Source of the DNA: an uncultured Gemmatimonadaceae bacterium
GTDB taxonomy: Bacteria; Gemmatimonadota; Gemmatimonadetes; Gemmatimonadales; Gemmatimonadaceae
Direction of reading: 5' to 3'
DNA: 64,000 nucleotides
Assembly (NCBI GenBank): GCA_963790305.1
Contig: CAWBOC010000001.1
Coordinates: 105,904-169,903, forward strand
Of the stretch, positions 42,558 through 53,557 are shown piece after piece. Within the stretch, counting starts at the first letter, position 1, and every line of letters begins with the position of its first letter. The notes beneath the pieces were generated by a model that did no database searches, was not told the origin of the DNA, and saw nothing but the letters and a program-made list of their open reading frames with translations. The position numbers were made by a program, and so were the translations under genes.

Positions 42558-45262
42558 ATGTCGCCATTTTCTCGAGTGCGCATCTTCTCGCTGCACGCGG
42601 GCGCGCTGTGCTGCGCGCTCCCTGCCCTCCTCGCTGGCGCAGAACTGCCGACACCGCCCACATCACGCGTCCGCGAATGGTCGCGGCCGAGCGGTCGAGT
42701 CAGATCACGCTCGACGGCCGTCTCGACGAGCCGGCGTGGGCGGCCTCCACCCCCGCCACGGGCTTTCGGCAGTCGGAGCCTAACGAAGGCCAACCGGCGA
42801 CGCAGCCGACTGAGATGCGGATCCTGTACGACGACGTCGCACTCTACATCGGTGCACGGATGTTCGATTCCCTCGGCGCGCGGGGCGTGCGCGCCTACCT
42901 CACGAGGCGGGACCAGCAGAACGACGGAGACTATCTCGAGATCATCTTCGACACGTTCCACGACCACACCGGGCGGACCATCTTCCAGATCAACCCGGCG
43001 GGCGTCAAGACCGACGCCGGGCAAGCCGCCTCCAACGCGGATCCCTCGTGGGACCCGATCTGGGAGGCCGCGGCGGCGATCGACTCGCTCGGATGGACCG
43101 CCGAACTCCGGATTCCCTTCGCGCAGCTTCGCTTCTCGCGCGACACCGCGCAGACGTGGGGATTGCAGGTGTGGCGCTACGTCGATCGCCTCAACGAGAC
43201 ATCAATGTGGTCGTTCTGGGGGAGAAACGCATCCGGTGGCCCACCGCACTTCGGGCACATCGAGGGTCTTCGCGTTCGCGAGCGGCCGCGCGGCCTCGAG
43301 ATCCTCCCCTACGTCGTGTCGCGCGCCTCCTACATTCCCATCCGCGAAGGCGATGAGGGGGATCCATTCCGCGACGCGAGCGAGTACACCACGCGCGTCG
43401 GCGGCGATTTGAAGGCATTACTGACGTCGAACCTCACGCTCGACCTCACCGTGAACCCCGACTTCGGCCAGGTCGAGGTCGATCCCGCGGTCGTGAACCT
43501 CAGCGCATTCGAGACGTCGTTTCAGGAAAAGCGGCCGTTCTTCGTCGAGGGAAGCGGACTGTTCGGGTATGGGGGGCTGAGCTGCTTTTTCTGCAGCAAT
43601 GTCTCGAGCCTGTCGCTCTATTACTCGCGGCGGATCGGCCGACAACCGCGTGGCTCGCCGCCCGACGGATACGCGTACCTCGATCGGCCGGAGAACGCGA
43701 CGATTCTCGGCGCCGCGAAAATCACCGGTCGCACTCGCGGCGGCTACCAGGTGGGATTTCTCAATGCGGTGACCAAGGCGGAGCAGGCAGACATTGCGTT
43801 CGATGACGGCCGGCCCAGCATCGAGCGCGAGGTCGAGCCGCTCAGCAACTACTTCGTCGGCCGCGTGCGGCGCAACTACACGGGGGGCCGCGGTTACCTC
43901 GGCGCGATCGCGACGTCGGTCATTCGTCGCTTCGGCTACGACTCCCTGAGACTCGCCATGCCCGAACATGCCGAGGCAATTGGCGTGGACGGGGAGCGCT
44001 GGTGGAGGAATCGCACGTACCGGATCGCGACCAACTTCGCCGTCTCCAGTGTCACGGGTGATCCCAATGTGATTCTCGACTTGCAGGAGTCATCGGCGCG
44101 CTACTTCAATCGCCCGGACCGCGAGCACGGATCGAACGGCACATTCTCGGATCGGTACGATCCGTCGCTGACGGCACTGCGCGGGTTCGCCGGGTATGTG
44201 CGCGGCTCCAAGGAGTCGGGCGACTGGCTGTTCGAGACGGCGCTCAACGTGCGCAGCCCTGGCTTCGAGGTGAACGACATCGCATTCCTCACGCGGGCGG
44301 ACTACGCGTGGATGAACGCCAACGCCTTCCGGCAATGGACCAAGCCGACGAAGCGGTTTCGGCAGGCGTATTGGATTTTCGGCGGACAGCAGCAGTACAA
44401 CTTCGACGGCGATCGGACGGACCTCCAGTTCCAGAACTTTTTCGAGGTGCAGCTGCCGAACTATTGGTGGCTGAACGCGTGGGTGATGCGCCGACCCGAG
44501 GTGTTCGAGGATCGGTTGACGCGAGGCGGGCCGGTGGTGAAGCGATCGGCGGCATGGTATGCGTCGTTCAACGTCAACACCGACAGCCGCAAGCGGGTCA
44601 GCTTCTCAGTGAATCCCGAGGTCGGACGTATCGACAATGGCGGGCGGAGTATCGGTATCTTCACCAGCATCCGCGCCAAGCCGGCGTCGAACGTCGTGAT
44701 CTCAATGGAACCCTATTACAGCTACAGCAAGGGGAAATCCCAGTACGTGGACTCGTTCAGCGATACCACCGCCAATCATTTCTACGATCGCCGCGTGGTC
44801 TTCTCCGATCTCGTACAGCACTCGCTGGAGCTCGGCACCAGGCTGAATCTGACCTTTACGCCGACGCTGACGCTGGAGTTGTTCGCGCAGCCGCTCATCG
44901 CCAGCGGCGACTACGAGAACTTCAAGGAGTTCGTGGCGCCGCGCACGGTCGAGAAGCGCTCATTCGACGCGACGCAGCTGACGTTTCAGGGCGACGAGTA
45001 TGTCCTCGACCCCGACCGCAACCCGCTGACGGCGTCGTTCACCTTCTCGAATCCCGACTTCAACTTCCGCTCGCTGCGCGGGAACGCGGTGCTGCGGTGG
45101 GAATATCGCCCCGGATCGACGGTGTTCCTGGTCTGGACGCAGAGCCGTGAGTCGCAGGATCCGGTTGGCGATTTCCAGCTCCGGCGCGACCGGTCAGCGC
45201 TGTTTGACGCACGCCCGGACAATGTGTTCCTCGTGAAGGTCAACTATTGGATTGGGCTGTGA
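42558..45262 (+). CDS. DUF5916 / CBM9-like domain outer membrane protein (indel near 42640)
   Basis: TLDGRLDEPAW, GWTAELRIPF, TVNPDFGQVEVD, EKRPFFVEG, YSRRIG, NAVLRWEYRPGST. Confidence 0.85.
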
Positions 45263-45268
45263 GCTAAC

Positions 45269-45356
45269 GGTGCTCAAGGTGGTCACTGTGCTCGAGGTGC
45301 TCGAGGGGAACCGCGTCTCCTTGAGCACCTCGAGCACAGTGAGCACCTCGAGCACC
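45269..45356. repeat. Hairpin built from GGTGCTCGA nonamers
   Basis: Left arm matches the reverse complement of the right arm; lies between a convergent gene and tRNA-Lys. Confidence 0.75.
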
Positions 45357-45365
45357 TTGGGACAA

Positions 45366-45438
<73 letters not shown>

Positions 45439-45584
45439 TCGATTTCCGTAATGACTGGAAAATAAATCCGCGACCGAGCCACAGAAAGCAGCATCGGCAC
45501 GGTATTGCTCGAATCCACCCGGCCTCGAACTCGCTGACAGGTCGCGCATGAATGCGCGCACTTTCCCGCTATCCGCGCACGCCC

Positions 45585-45830
45585 TCAGCGGGGATGTACA
45601 CGCTTGATTTTCAAAGCCAGATCGACGATCTCGTACTCGTTCTCGCCGACCACGTTGACGCGCATTCCGTCGTGCGTGGTGAGCTCATGCAGCCCCTCCA
45701 CGTCGCGCGCGTTCGGAGTGGTCCTCGTCCGAACGTCCTGCATGTGCGCATACTCGATAATGCGGTACACAGTTCCGTCCTCGGCACGCGCCGAGAAGCG
45801 GCCTACCTCACGTACTCGTCTGACTGCCAT
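45585..45830 (-). CDS. Small hypothetical protein
   Basis: AGGGGG RBS; protein-like 81 aa ORF. Confidence 0.55.
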   Translation of the reverse strand: MAVRRVREVGRFSARAEDGTVYRIIEYAHMQDVRTRTTPNARDVEGLHELTTHDGMRVNVVGENEYEIVDLALKIKRVHPR

Positions 45831-45958
45831 CGTTCCCCCTCGCTGCACGCTCAGGACGCACGAACACTCCGCCTCTTCCCCTACTAAGCGTACCGTATTG
45901 GGGGGCGCAAAGCCAGCGTTTCAATGCCCACGGACTCTCCTCTGGAGCACAACACACC

Positions 45959-46423
45959 ATGATCGATACGCCCCGCATCACTCGCACCGAGCCGGAGTCC
46001 ACCGCCGTTATTCACCTAACGATCCCACGGTCGGAGATCCGCACGGCAATGGGGCCGGGTATCAAGGAGCTCATGGCCACGGTCTCCGCGCAGGGCATCA
46101 CGCCCGCCGGTCCGTGGTTCACGCACCACCTTCGGATGGATCCCGCGACCTTCGATGTGGAGATCGGCGTGCCGGTGAGCTCTCCCGTCGCGCATTCGGG
46201 ACGTGTGAGCCCCGGACAATTGCCCGCAGCCACTGTCGCCAGGACCGTATTCCACGGCGGCTACGAGGGACTGTCCGCCGCCTGGCGTGAATTCGATGCG
46301 TGGATCACGGCCCAGGGCCGAACACCCGTGGGTGATCTCGTTGAGCGCTACCTCGTCGGCCCCGAGTCGGGGCCCGACCCATCGTCGTGGCGCACCGAGC
46401 TCACCAGACCGTTGGCCGACTGA
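45959..46423 (+). CDS. GyrI-like small-molecule-binding protein
   Basis: GITPAGPWF, FDVEIGVPV, HGGYEGL..AW, WRTEL. Confidence 0.85.
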   Translation: MIDTPRITRTEPESTAVIHLTIPRSEIRTAMGPGIKELMATVSAQGITPAGPWFTHHLRMDPATFDVEIGVPVSSPVAHSGRVSPGQLPAATVARTVFHGGYEGLSAAWREFDAWITAQGRTPVGDLVERYLVGPESGPDPSSWRTELTRPLAD

Positions 46424-46429
46424 CGCGGC

Positions 46430-46855
46430 CTATTCGGAGAGTCCCCACAACGTCGGCGAGGCGATCTCGACGCTGTTCCCGGCGGGATCGCGCACGTAGA
46501 GTGATCGGCCCCCTCGCGGCCACGTGACCTCGCTCTCGATGGCAATGCCCTTTGTCTCGAGGTAGGTTCGCCAGTCGGGAAGATTGGCGTCGGCGACGGC
46601 GAACGCAATGTGCCCCGGCCCGCGGGCGCCGTGCAGCGGAACCGACGCTCCGTTCACGGTCGTTGGCTGATTCGCCGTGTTGCGCGGATCGAAGATGAGG
46701 AGGACGCCCGCACCGCATCGAAAGAAGGCGTGGCGTCCCTCGACGAAGGCGATCCGCTCGAGCCCGAGGATGGCTCCGTAGAATTCCTCCGCGGACCGGA
46801 GATCCTCCGCGTACAGCGAAGTCTCCAGCACCCGTGCGATCGTCGTGGGCGGCAT
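46430..46855 (-). CDS. VOC/glyoxalase family protein
   Basis: VLETSLY..DL..AEEFY, GHIAF, SLYVRDPAGNSVE. Confidence 0.88.
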   Translation of the reverse strand: MPPTTIARVLETSLYAEDLRSAEEFYGAILGLERIAFVEGRHAFFRCGAGVLLIFDPRNTANQPTTVNGASVPLHGARGPGHIAFAVADANLPDWRTYLETKGIAIESEVTWPRGGRSLYVRDPAGNSVEIASPTLWGLSE

Positions 46856-46917
46856 GACGTCGAGTCTAGCGCGCCCGTGCGGCGTGCGCGACCTTCGCGA
46901 CACTCCTACTCTCGCCT

Positions 46918-48465
46918 ATGACTCGACTCAGCCGGCTGCTCCTGCTGCTCGTCCTTGGATCCTCGCCATTGCCGGCGCAGGCACCGCAACACGTCGAGAG
47001 AGTTCGCAGCGCCGTACGCGAATGGCGGACACGGAACGAGCCGGCGGTACTTCGGGAGCTGTCGATGCTGCTCGCCGTCCCGAATCTCGCCAGCGACAGC
47101 GTGTCCATTCGCCGGAACGCCGACACACTCGTGGCGATGCTGACGCGACGCGGTATCAGTGCCCGCAGGCTGGAGACACCTGGATCGCCACCGGCGGTGT
47201 ACGGCGAGCTGCGGACGGCGGGAGCCACACGCACGATCGTCATGTACGCGCATTACGACGGCCAGCCGGTCGATCCCGCCCGCTGGGCAACGCCTCCATG
47301 GACACCGACACTCCGCGATGCTCCGCTCGATCGGAACGGGCGAATCATTCCGCTCCCCGACCGCGGCGGCCTCATCGATGACGATGCACGCCTCTACGCC
47401 CGCTCATCGAGCGACGACAAAGCGCCGATCATCGCCATGCTTGCCGCGATCAATGCGCTGCGCGCCGCCCGAATTCCGCTCTCGGTGAACCTCAAGTTCT
47501 TCCTCGAGGGCGAGGAGGAGGCGGGGTCGGATCATCTGGAGGCAATGCTCCGGCGACACGCCTCGCTCCTCGCGTCCGATGGCTGGATCTTCGGCGACGG
47601 GCCCGTTCATCAGTCGCGGCGCCCGCAGGTCGTCTTCGGCGTCCGGGGCGTCATGGGCGCCGACCTCACGGTGTACGGACCCGCCCGGCCGCTCCACAGC
47701 GGGCATTATGGCAATTGGGCTCCCAACCCCTCGGGGCTCCTCGCCCACCTTCTTGCGTCAATGCGCGATACGGAAGGCCGAATCACCATCGCTGGCTTCC
47801 TCGACGACGTGCGCCCTCCAGGCAGGCTCGAGCAGGCGGCGATCCGCCTCGCCCCCGCGGTCGACACGCTCCTTCGGCGAGAGCTGGCGTTAGGCGATAC
47901 CGAGGGGGACGGCGTTCCGCTCCTCGAGCGCATCATGCTGCCGGCGGTGAACGTGCGGGGACTGGACGGAGGCCCGGTCGGCGAGCGAGCGGCCAACGTC
48001 ATCCCGACCCAGGCGACGGCGTCGCTCGACTTTCGATTGGTGCCCGACCAGACACCCGCGCGCGTTCGGGAGCTCGTCGAGGCACACGTGCGCAGCCAGG
48101 GCTATCACGTCGTCCACGACGAGCCGACGCTCGAAGCGCGAGCGAAGCATGCGCGAGTCGCGCGCATCCAGTGGGAGCAGGGCTACCCTGGAATACGGAC
48201 CGACATGGACGCGCCGCTGTCCGTCGCGGTGATGCGCGTTCTAGGCACGGCCACCGGAGGCCGCGTCGTCGCAATCCCGATGCTCGGCGGGAGCCTCCCG
48301 ATGTACCTCTTCGCCGAGATCCTGAACGCTCCACTCGTGATCGTGCCGATCGTCAATCACGACAACAACCAGCATGCGGCAAACGAGAATCTGCGGATCG
48401 GGAATCTCCGAGAAGGGATCGAGCTGTACGCGCAGCTGTTCGCGCGGCTCGGGTCGGACTGGTAG
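46918..48465 (+). CDS. Secreted M20/M25/M40 metallopeptidase
   Basis: YAHYDGQP, ARSSSDDK, EGEEEAGS, HSGHYG, NQHAANEN. Confidence 0.9.
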   Translation: MTRLSRLLLLLVLGSSPLPAQAPQHVERVRSAVREWRTRNEPAVLRELSMLLAVPNLASDSVSIRRNADTLVAMLTRRGISARRLETPGSPPAVYGELRTAGATRTIVMYAHYDGQPVDPARWATPPWTPTLRDAPLDRNGRIIPLPDRGGLIDDDARLYARSSSDDKAPIIAMLAAINALRAARIPLSVNLKFFLEGEEEAGSDHLEAMLRRHASLLASDGWIFGDGPVHQSRRPQVVFGVRGVMGADLTVYGPARPLHSGHYGNWAPNPSGLLAHLLASMRDTEGRITIAGFLDDVRPPGRLEQAAIRLAPAVDTLLRRELALGDTEGDGVPLLERIMLPAVNVRGLDGGPVGERAANVIPTQATASLDFRLVPDQTPARVRELVEAHVRSQGYHVVHDEPTLEARAKHARVARIQWEQGYPGIRTDMDAPLSVAVMRVLGTATGGRVVAIPMLGGSLPMYLFAEILNAPLVIVPIVNHDNNQHAANENLRIGNLREGIELYAQLFARLGSDW

Positions 48466-48612
48466 GGGTCAGGAGTCAGGGGTCGGAGTCAGGGGTCAGG
48501 GGTGGAAAGGCGCGGCAGCGAAGCTGCCGCGCTCATCTGATGAGGGCCGCCCGCGCGAAGCGCGGCGGCCCCTTTCCACCCCTGACCCCTGACTCCTGAC
48601 CCCTGACCCCCA
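48464..48612. repeat. Hairpin element with GGGGTCA/GGAGTCA heptamer arms (same family as 59959-60087)
   Basis: GGGGTCAGGAGTCAGGGG...GGAAAGG / CCTTTCC...CCCCTGACTCCTGACCCC. Confidence 0.8.
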
Positions 48613-48642
48613 AAAAAAACGGGGAGCCCTGAGGGCCCCCCG
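48612..48642 (-). terminator. Rho-independent terminator of ompA-like gene
   Basis: ACGGGG...CCCCGT hairpin next to an A8 run (T8 on the minus strand). Confidence 0.7.
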
Positions 48643-48667
48643 TCGCGATGATCCCACTACCGGATGC

Positions 48668-49309
48668 TTATTGAAGCGTATTCGCCTCGGCCATCGTCGG
48701 CTCGCCGCGGCTCTCGACCACGAACACGACACGACGATTCTTCTCGGCGCCGGGATCATCACGCTCGGCACCAACTACGACCTGACGCGTCTCGCCGTAA
48801 CCGATCGCGTCGATGAGCTCGGGGCTCAGGCCGGCCGTCGTCAGGTGCGCGCGAACTGCTTCAGCGCGACGCATCGACAGCGAGCGGTTGTACGTCGTGG
48901 TGCCCGCGGGATCCGCGAAACCCTCGACGGTGATCTTCGAGCCCTGGTAATAGTTCTGCACGACCTTGGCGAAGCGATCGAGCGCCGGAACGTCCTCGGG
49001 ACGAACGGTCGCGTCGTCAAACGCGAAGTTCACCGGGAACGCGAACTTCAGGCCCTCTTCCATGGCCGTGATCTTCGCGCCGAACTCGGTACGGAGGTTC
49101 TGCAGCTCGGTGCGGAGGTTCTGAACGTCGGTGCGAAGCGTCTGCACGTCGGCCTGAATGGCTTCGTCAGCGCTCATGCGGGCCGTTCTCTCGGTCTCAT
49201 TGGCGGTGTTCTGCTCCGCAATGGCCCGATTGAACTTTCCATTCGAAACGCAGGCGGCAAACAGCGGAACCGTCAGCGCCAGGACCGCGAAATTTCTCAG
49301 GTTCTTCAT
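48668..49309 (-). CDS. OmpA-family peptidoglycan-binding lipoprotein with heptad coiled coil
   Basis: Lipobox FAAC; DVQTLRT/DVQNLRT/ELQNLRT; FAFDD, VEGFAD, YNRSLS.RRA, NRRV. Confidence 0.9.
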   Translation of the reverse strand: MKNLRNFAVLALTVPLFAACVSNGKFNRAIAEQNTANETERTARMSADEAIQADVQTLRTDVQNLRTELQNLRTEFGAKITAMEEGLKFAFPVNFAFDDATVRPEDVPALDRFAKVVQNYYQGSKITVEGFADPAGTTTYNRSLSMRRAEAVRAHLTTAGLSPELIDAIGYGETRQVVVGAERDDPGAEKNRRVVFVVESRGEPTMAEANTLQ

Positions 49310-49408
49310 ATTCGTACTCTCCGGGGTGGGGGATCTCGCCAGTCTGACAACGCTCAAATTAAAGAGCGAGAAGTGTGCCCGCAAGTCGCGTAAGTTGTTG
49401 TAAATCAA

Positions 49409-49424
49409 TGTGATGTGAATCACA
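49409..49424. promoter_or_regulatory. CRP/FNR-family binding site
   Basis: TGTGA-TGTGAA-TCACA with AT-rich flanks, 100 bp upstream of the ompA start. Confidence 0.65.
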
Positions 49425-49626
49425 ATAGCGCATGCTCGCGGCGCACTTCGCTAAGCATTCGGTCTTCGCCAAGACACAATAATAACAGTCAGAATCGCGC
49501 CAGAACGGTGCCTACGCGCCAGTTATTTGGGGGGCCCCAGCGTCCGTTGCGCTGCAGTCCACGGCCGCTACAGACACGTGCGTGGGGGCAAATGTGGATT
49601 CTGTCGCGACGCCCGGGACAATGATC

Positions 49627-50295
49627 TCACCCGCATCCTCGAACAATGCTCCCGCGCGAAGGCGCGCCTCGCACCGCGGCGACGAACAGTCGACAATGGT
49701 GAACCGTCGGGCCACGACGCGTCAGTCCACGTACGTGGTCAGCGGTCCCATAGCCACAGTTCGACGCCCAGGCAAAGTCGGGATAACGCACCGCCAGTCG
49801 CGCCATGAGGCGATCGCGCGTGACCTTCGCGACGATCGATGCGCACGCGATGTTGAAGCACTTCGCATCACCATCGATCACGCCCGTATGATCGAAGCCG
49901 AGCGAGCGGAGCCGCCGACCGTCCACGAGCACATGATCGGGGTGGATGCCGAGCCGCGCGAGAGCGCGACGCATCGCGAGCACGCTGGCGTTGAAGATGT
50001 TGATGGTGTCGATCTCTCGCACGGACGCCGCTCCGACTGCGAACGCGAGCGCACGCTCTCGTATGCGGACGCAGAGCTTCTCGCGCTCCTTGCGGCTGAG
50101 GCGCTTCGAGTCGTCCACGCCGCGAATCGCCGGGACGCCCGGGGGCATGACGACGGCAGATGCGACGACGGGGCCCGCGAGGGGGCCCCGTCCGACCTCA
50201 TCGACACCGGCGATCAGCAGTACGCCAGACCGGCGCAGCTCGCGTTCGATTCCGCTCCAGCGAGCGTACCGAGGCTCGCGGCGACCGCCCTTCAC
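49627..50295 (-). CDS. rnhB: Ribonuclease HII
   Basis: GVDEVGRGPLAGPV, DSKRLS, DGDAK..IA.ASIVAKV.RD. Confidence 0.95.
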   Translation of the reverse strand: MKGGRREPRYARWSGIERELRRSGVLLIAGVDEVGRGPLAGPVVASAVVMPPGVPAIRGVDDSKRLSRKEREKLCVRIRERALAFAVGAASVREIDTINIFNASVLAMRRALARLGIHPDHVLVDGRRLRSLGFDHTGVIDGDAKCFNIACASIVAKVTRDRLMARLAVRYPDFAWASNCGYGTADHVRGLTRRGPTVHHCRLFVAAVRGAPSRGSIVRGCG

Positions 50296-50298
50296 GCG

Positions 50299-50667
50299 TT
50301 ACTCCTCGGTGGTGTCCTGCGTGCGGGACTTCTTGGCGCGAATACGGGTCGCCTTGCCGCTCAGCTCGCGCAGGTAGTACAGCTTCGCGCGCCGCACCTG
50401 GCCTCGCCGGACCACGGCAATGTCGCCGATCATGGGGCTGTGCACGGGGAAGATGCGCTCGACGCCGACGCCGTTCGACACTTTGCGGACCGTGAACGTC
50501 TCGCTCACGCCGCTCCCACGACGTGCAATGCACACGCCCTCGAACGCCTGGAGGCGTTCCTTCTCACCTTCCTTGACGCGCACGTTCACTCGGAGCGTGT
50601 CGCCAGGGCGAAAGGGGGGAATGTCGGCGCGAATGAACTCTTTTTGGGTTTCGATGAAGGGGTGCAT
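50299..50667 (-). CDS. rplS: 50S ribosomal protein L19
   Basis: [40 protein letters not shown]. Confidence 0.97.
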   Translation of the reverse strand: MHPFIETQKEFIRADIPPFRPGDTLRVNVRVKEGEKERLQAFEGVCIARRGSGVSETFTVRKVSNGVGVERIFPVHSPMIGDIAVVRRGQVRRAKLYYLRELSGKATRIRAKKSRTQDTTEE

Positions 50668-50798
50668 AAGGCGCTCTCAGGGCTGAAGGGGGCCGCCCAA
50701 GATTGGAAAATTGTCAGATGGAGACAGGCAAGCTACACCCGGCGAAGCGTTTATGCCAGCCGTGCGATACCCGGGCGCGCGCCGGTCGTCCTTGGCTC

Positions 50799-51467
50799 GT
50801 GAAGGCCCTCATTGCCGACGATGACACCCTGATGCGCACGTTGACCACGCACGCGGTACGCGAGCGCGGTCACGAAGTGCTGGAAGCGAATGACGGCGAG
50901 CAGGCGCTGCACATCTTCGAGGCCGACCATCCGCAGCTCGTCATCATCGACTGGAATATGCCGAGCCTCACCGGAGTGGACGTCACTCGTCGCATTCGTG
51001 AGTCGGAGTGGTCGCGCGAGACCTTCGTCGTGATGCTGACGGCGCGCGACGCCGGCGAGGACCTCCTGGCCGCGCTCGATGCCGGCGTCGACGACTACGT
51101 GACGAAGCCCGTGATGCTCAGTCACCTTCGCGCGCGTATCGCGATTGCCGAGCGGCGCGTGGAGCAGAACGCCGCGCGCTGGCGAGTCGAGGCTGAGCTG
51201 GCGCAGAGCCGATGGCTGGCGGGGGTTGGTGAGTTGGCGATCGCCCTCCAGCACGAGATCAACAACCCTCTCGCCTCTCTCATCTCGCACGCGTCGCTCC
51301 TCTCAGCGTCCGAGACGCTGGCGCCGGATGACGCCAGCACGGTACAGATTCTCCTGACCGAGGCGCGCCGCATTGCCAGTGTCGTGAAGCGGCTGACGAG
51401 CATCCAGGAGCCCCGGTCGGTGGAGTATGCCGGGAGCATGCGGATGGTGGATCTGAACGAGGAGTAG
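50799..51467 (+). CDS. Receiver domain plus HisKA dimerisation domain, no ATPase domain
   Basis: IADDD, DWNMP, MLTA, DDYVTKP; then LQHEINNPL. Confidence 0.8.
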   Translation: MKALIADDDTLMRTLTTHAVRERGHEVLEANDGEQALHIFEADHPQLVIIDWNMPSLTGVDVTRRIRESEWSRETFVVMLTARDAGEDLLAALDAGVDDYVTKPVMLSHLRARIAIAERRVEQNAARWRVEAELAQSRWLAGVGELAIALQHEINNPLASLISHASLLSASETLAPDDASTVQILLTEARRIASVVKRLTSIQEPRSVEYAGSMRMVDLNEE

Positions 51468-51509
51468 GTGCTCGAGCACCCTGTATTCTGACCGCCGTTC
51501 TCTTCGTCA

Positions 51510-52898
51510 CTATTCCGTGTGCGGCGTGCTCCGCTCGCCCACGCGAACCGTCTTCACGTTGACGAACGCGCGAATGCCCTCTTCGCCAAGCTCACGCCCG
51601 TAGCCTGAGCGCTTGATCCCGCCAAAGGGTAGTCGCGCATCGCTGGCGACCATCCCGTTGATCGCGATCGTTCCCGCTTCGAGCTCGCTGCCGAAGCGCT
51701 GCTGCTCCTGCTTGTCGGCCGTCCAGGCAGCGGCGCCGAGTCCGAAGGTGGTGGAGTTCGCGAGGCGGATGGCGTCGGCGAGGTCGCGGGCGCGGAAGAC
51801 GGGCGCGACCGGTCCAAAGAGCTCTTCGCGCGCGGCGGGTGAGTCTTCCGACACGTCGACCAGAACGGTGGGCTCGTAGAAATTCCCCGCGCGGTCAAGT
51901 CGTCGTCCGCCGGTGAGGACTCGCGCTCCGTTCGCGACGCTTCGCTGCACCTGGTCCTCGAGATCGGCAAGAATCTGAGGCGTGGCGAGCGGCCCGATCT
52001 CCGTCTTCTCATCGAGGGGGTCGCCCACCCGCAGCGATCTCATTCGCTCCACAAATCGCGCGGTGAACCGGTCGAAGATCTCGTCGTGCACGATGAATCG
52101 CTTGGCGGCGATACACGACTGACCGTTGTTGACGGTCCGTGCGCGCACCGCCGTCTCCACGGCGTCGTCCAGGGACGCCGTGGGCATGACGATGAACGGA
52201 TCACTCCCGCCGAGCTCGAGGACGCTTGGCTTGATCTCACGACCGGCCCGCGCACCGACGTCCCGCCCGGCAGCTTCGCTGCCGGTGAGCGTCACTGCCG
52301 CGATGCGCGCATCGGCGATCAGTGGGCCCACCGCCTCGGAACCGATCAGCAACGTCTGAAAGACGCCCTCGGGAAGACCCGCACGACGGAGTACGTCCTC
52401 GATAGCGAGCGCGCACTGCGGCACGTTCGAGGCGTGCTTGAGCAAGGCGACGTTCCCCGCCATGATCGCGGGCGCCGCGAATCGGAAGACCTGCCAGAAG
52501 GGGAAGTTCCATGGCATGACCGCAAGCACGACGCCGAGTGGCTGAAAGAGCACGAAGCTCTCTCCACTCTCGGTGTGAACATCACGTCGCGAGAGATGCC
52601 GCTCGGCGTTCTCGGCGTAATAACGACACCCCGTCGCGCACTTCGCGGCCTCTTCCATGGCGGCGCGAATGGGTTTCCCCATCTCTCGCGTCATCAGGCG
52701 CCCGAGCTCGGCTCGCTCGCGTTCCAGAAGCTCCGCCGCCCTCATCATGATCCGGGCACGCGAGGCGAACGTGGTGCCGCGCCATTCGCGCCAGGCGTCC
52801 TGCGCCTTCGTCGCCCGGGCATCGACCTGCGTGGCGGAGTGAGGCTCGAAGGTCGCCAGCACGTCACCGCTCGCGGGGTCGATCGACTTCAGGCTCAC
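51510..52898 (-). CDS. NAD(P)-dependent succinate-semialdehyde dehydrogenase-like aldehyde dehydrogenase
   Basis: [50 protein letters not shown]. Confidence 0.92.
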   Translation of the reverse strand: MSLKSIDPASGDVLATFEPHSATQVDARATKAQDAWREWRGTTFASRARIMMRAAELLERERAELGRLMTREMGKPIRAAMEEAAKCATGCRYYAENAERHLSRRDVHTESGESFVLFQPLGVVLAVMPWNFPFWQVFRFAAPAIMAGNVALLKHASNVPQCALAIEDVLRRAGLPEGVFQTLLIGSEAVGPLIADARIAAVTLTGSEAAGRDVGARAGREIKPSVLELGGSDPFIVMPTASLDDAVETAVRARTVNNGQSCIAAKRFIVHDEIFDRFTARFVERMRSLRVGDPLDEKTEIGPLATPQILADLEDQVQRSVANGARVLTGGRRLDRAGNFYEPTVLVDVSEDSPAAREELFGPVAPVFRARDLADAIRLANSTTFGLGAAAWTADKQEQQRFGSELEAGTIAINGMVASDARLPFGGIKRSGYGRELGEEGIRAFVNVKTVRVGERSTPHTE

Positions 52899-53557
52899 AG
52901 ATCACTCCGGCGCTGGTCAGTGAGACGCGCCGCCTCCGCCCGCCTCCACGCCGCAATTCGGGCGTGATCACCCGACAGAAGAACATCGGGCACGGCCAAG
53001 CCGCGGAATACCGGAGGGCGCGTATAGCTGGGCGCGCTGAGCCCGTCCTCCCAATGCGAGTCGGTATACGCGCTCTCGTGGTCGGACATCGCACCCGCGA
53101 GCAGTCGAACGGTGGCGTCGACGATGGCGAGGGCGGCAGGCTCGCCGCCGCTGAGGACGAACGGGCCTAACGACACCTCTTCGGTCGCCAGATGGTCCGC
53201 AACCCGCTGGTCCACATCCTTGTAATGCCCACACAGGATGGTCAGCTCCGAACCCTCGGCGTACCGGCGGGCATCGGCCTGCGTGAACGGCGCCCCGCGC
53301 GCGGAGACGAGAACGATCGGCGTGGTGGCGCCGAGCGACTCCACCGCCTCGAAGAAGGGCTCGGGCTTCATGACCATGCCTGGTCCGCCGCCGTACGGAT
53401 AGTCATCGACGGTGCGGTGGCGGTCATGCGTGAACTCGCGGAGGTCGACGACGCGATATTCCACCGAGCCGGCCTGCGCCGCCCGCGCCGGGATGCTCAA
53501 CGAGAGCGGCGCCTGGAAGAACTCCGGAAAGATCGTGACGATCGTGACGCGCAGCAT
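52895..53557 (-). CDS. trmD: tRNA (guanine-N1)-methyltransferase
   Basis: TIFPE, VDDYPYGGGPGM, CGHYKDVD.R, VLSGGE, YTRP, LLSGDH. Confidence 0.95.
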   Translation of the reverse strand: MLRVTIVTIFPEFFQAPLSLSIPARAAQAGSVEYRVVDLREFTHDRHRTVDDYPYGGGPGMVMKPEPFFEAVESLGATTPIVLVSARGAPFTQADARRYAEGSELTILCGHYKDVDQRVADHLATEEVSLGPFVLSGGEPAALAIVDATVRLLAGAMSDHESAYTDSHWEDGLSAPSYTRPPVFRGLAVPDVLLSGDHARIAAWRRAEAARLTDQRRSDL

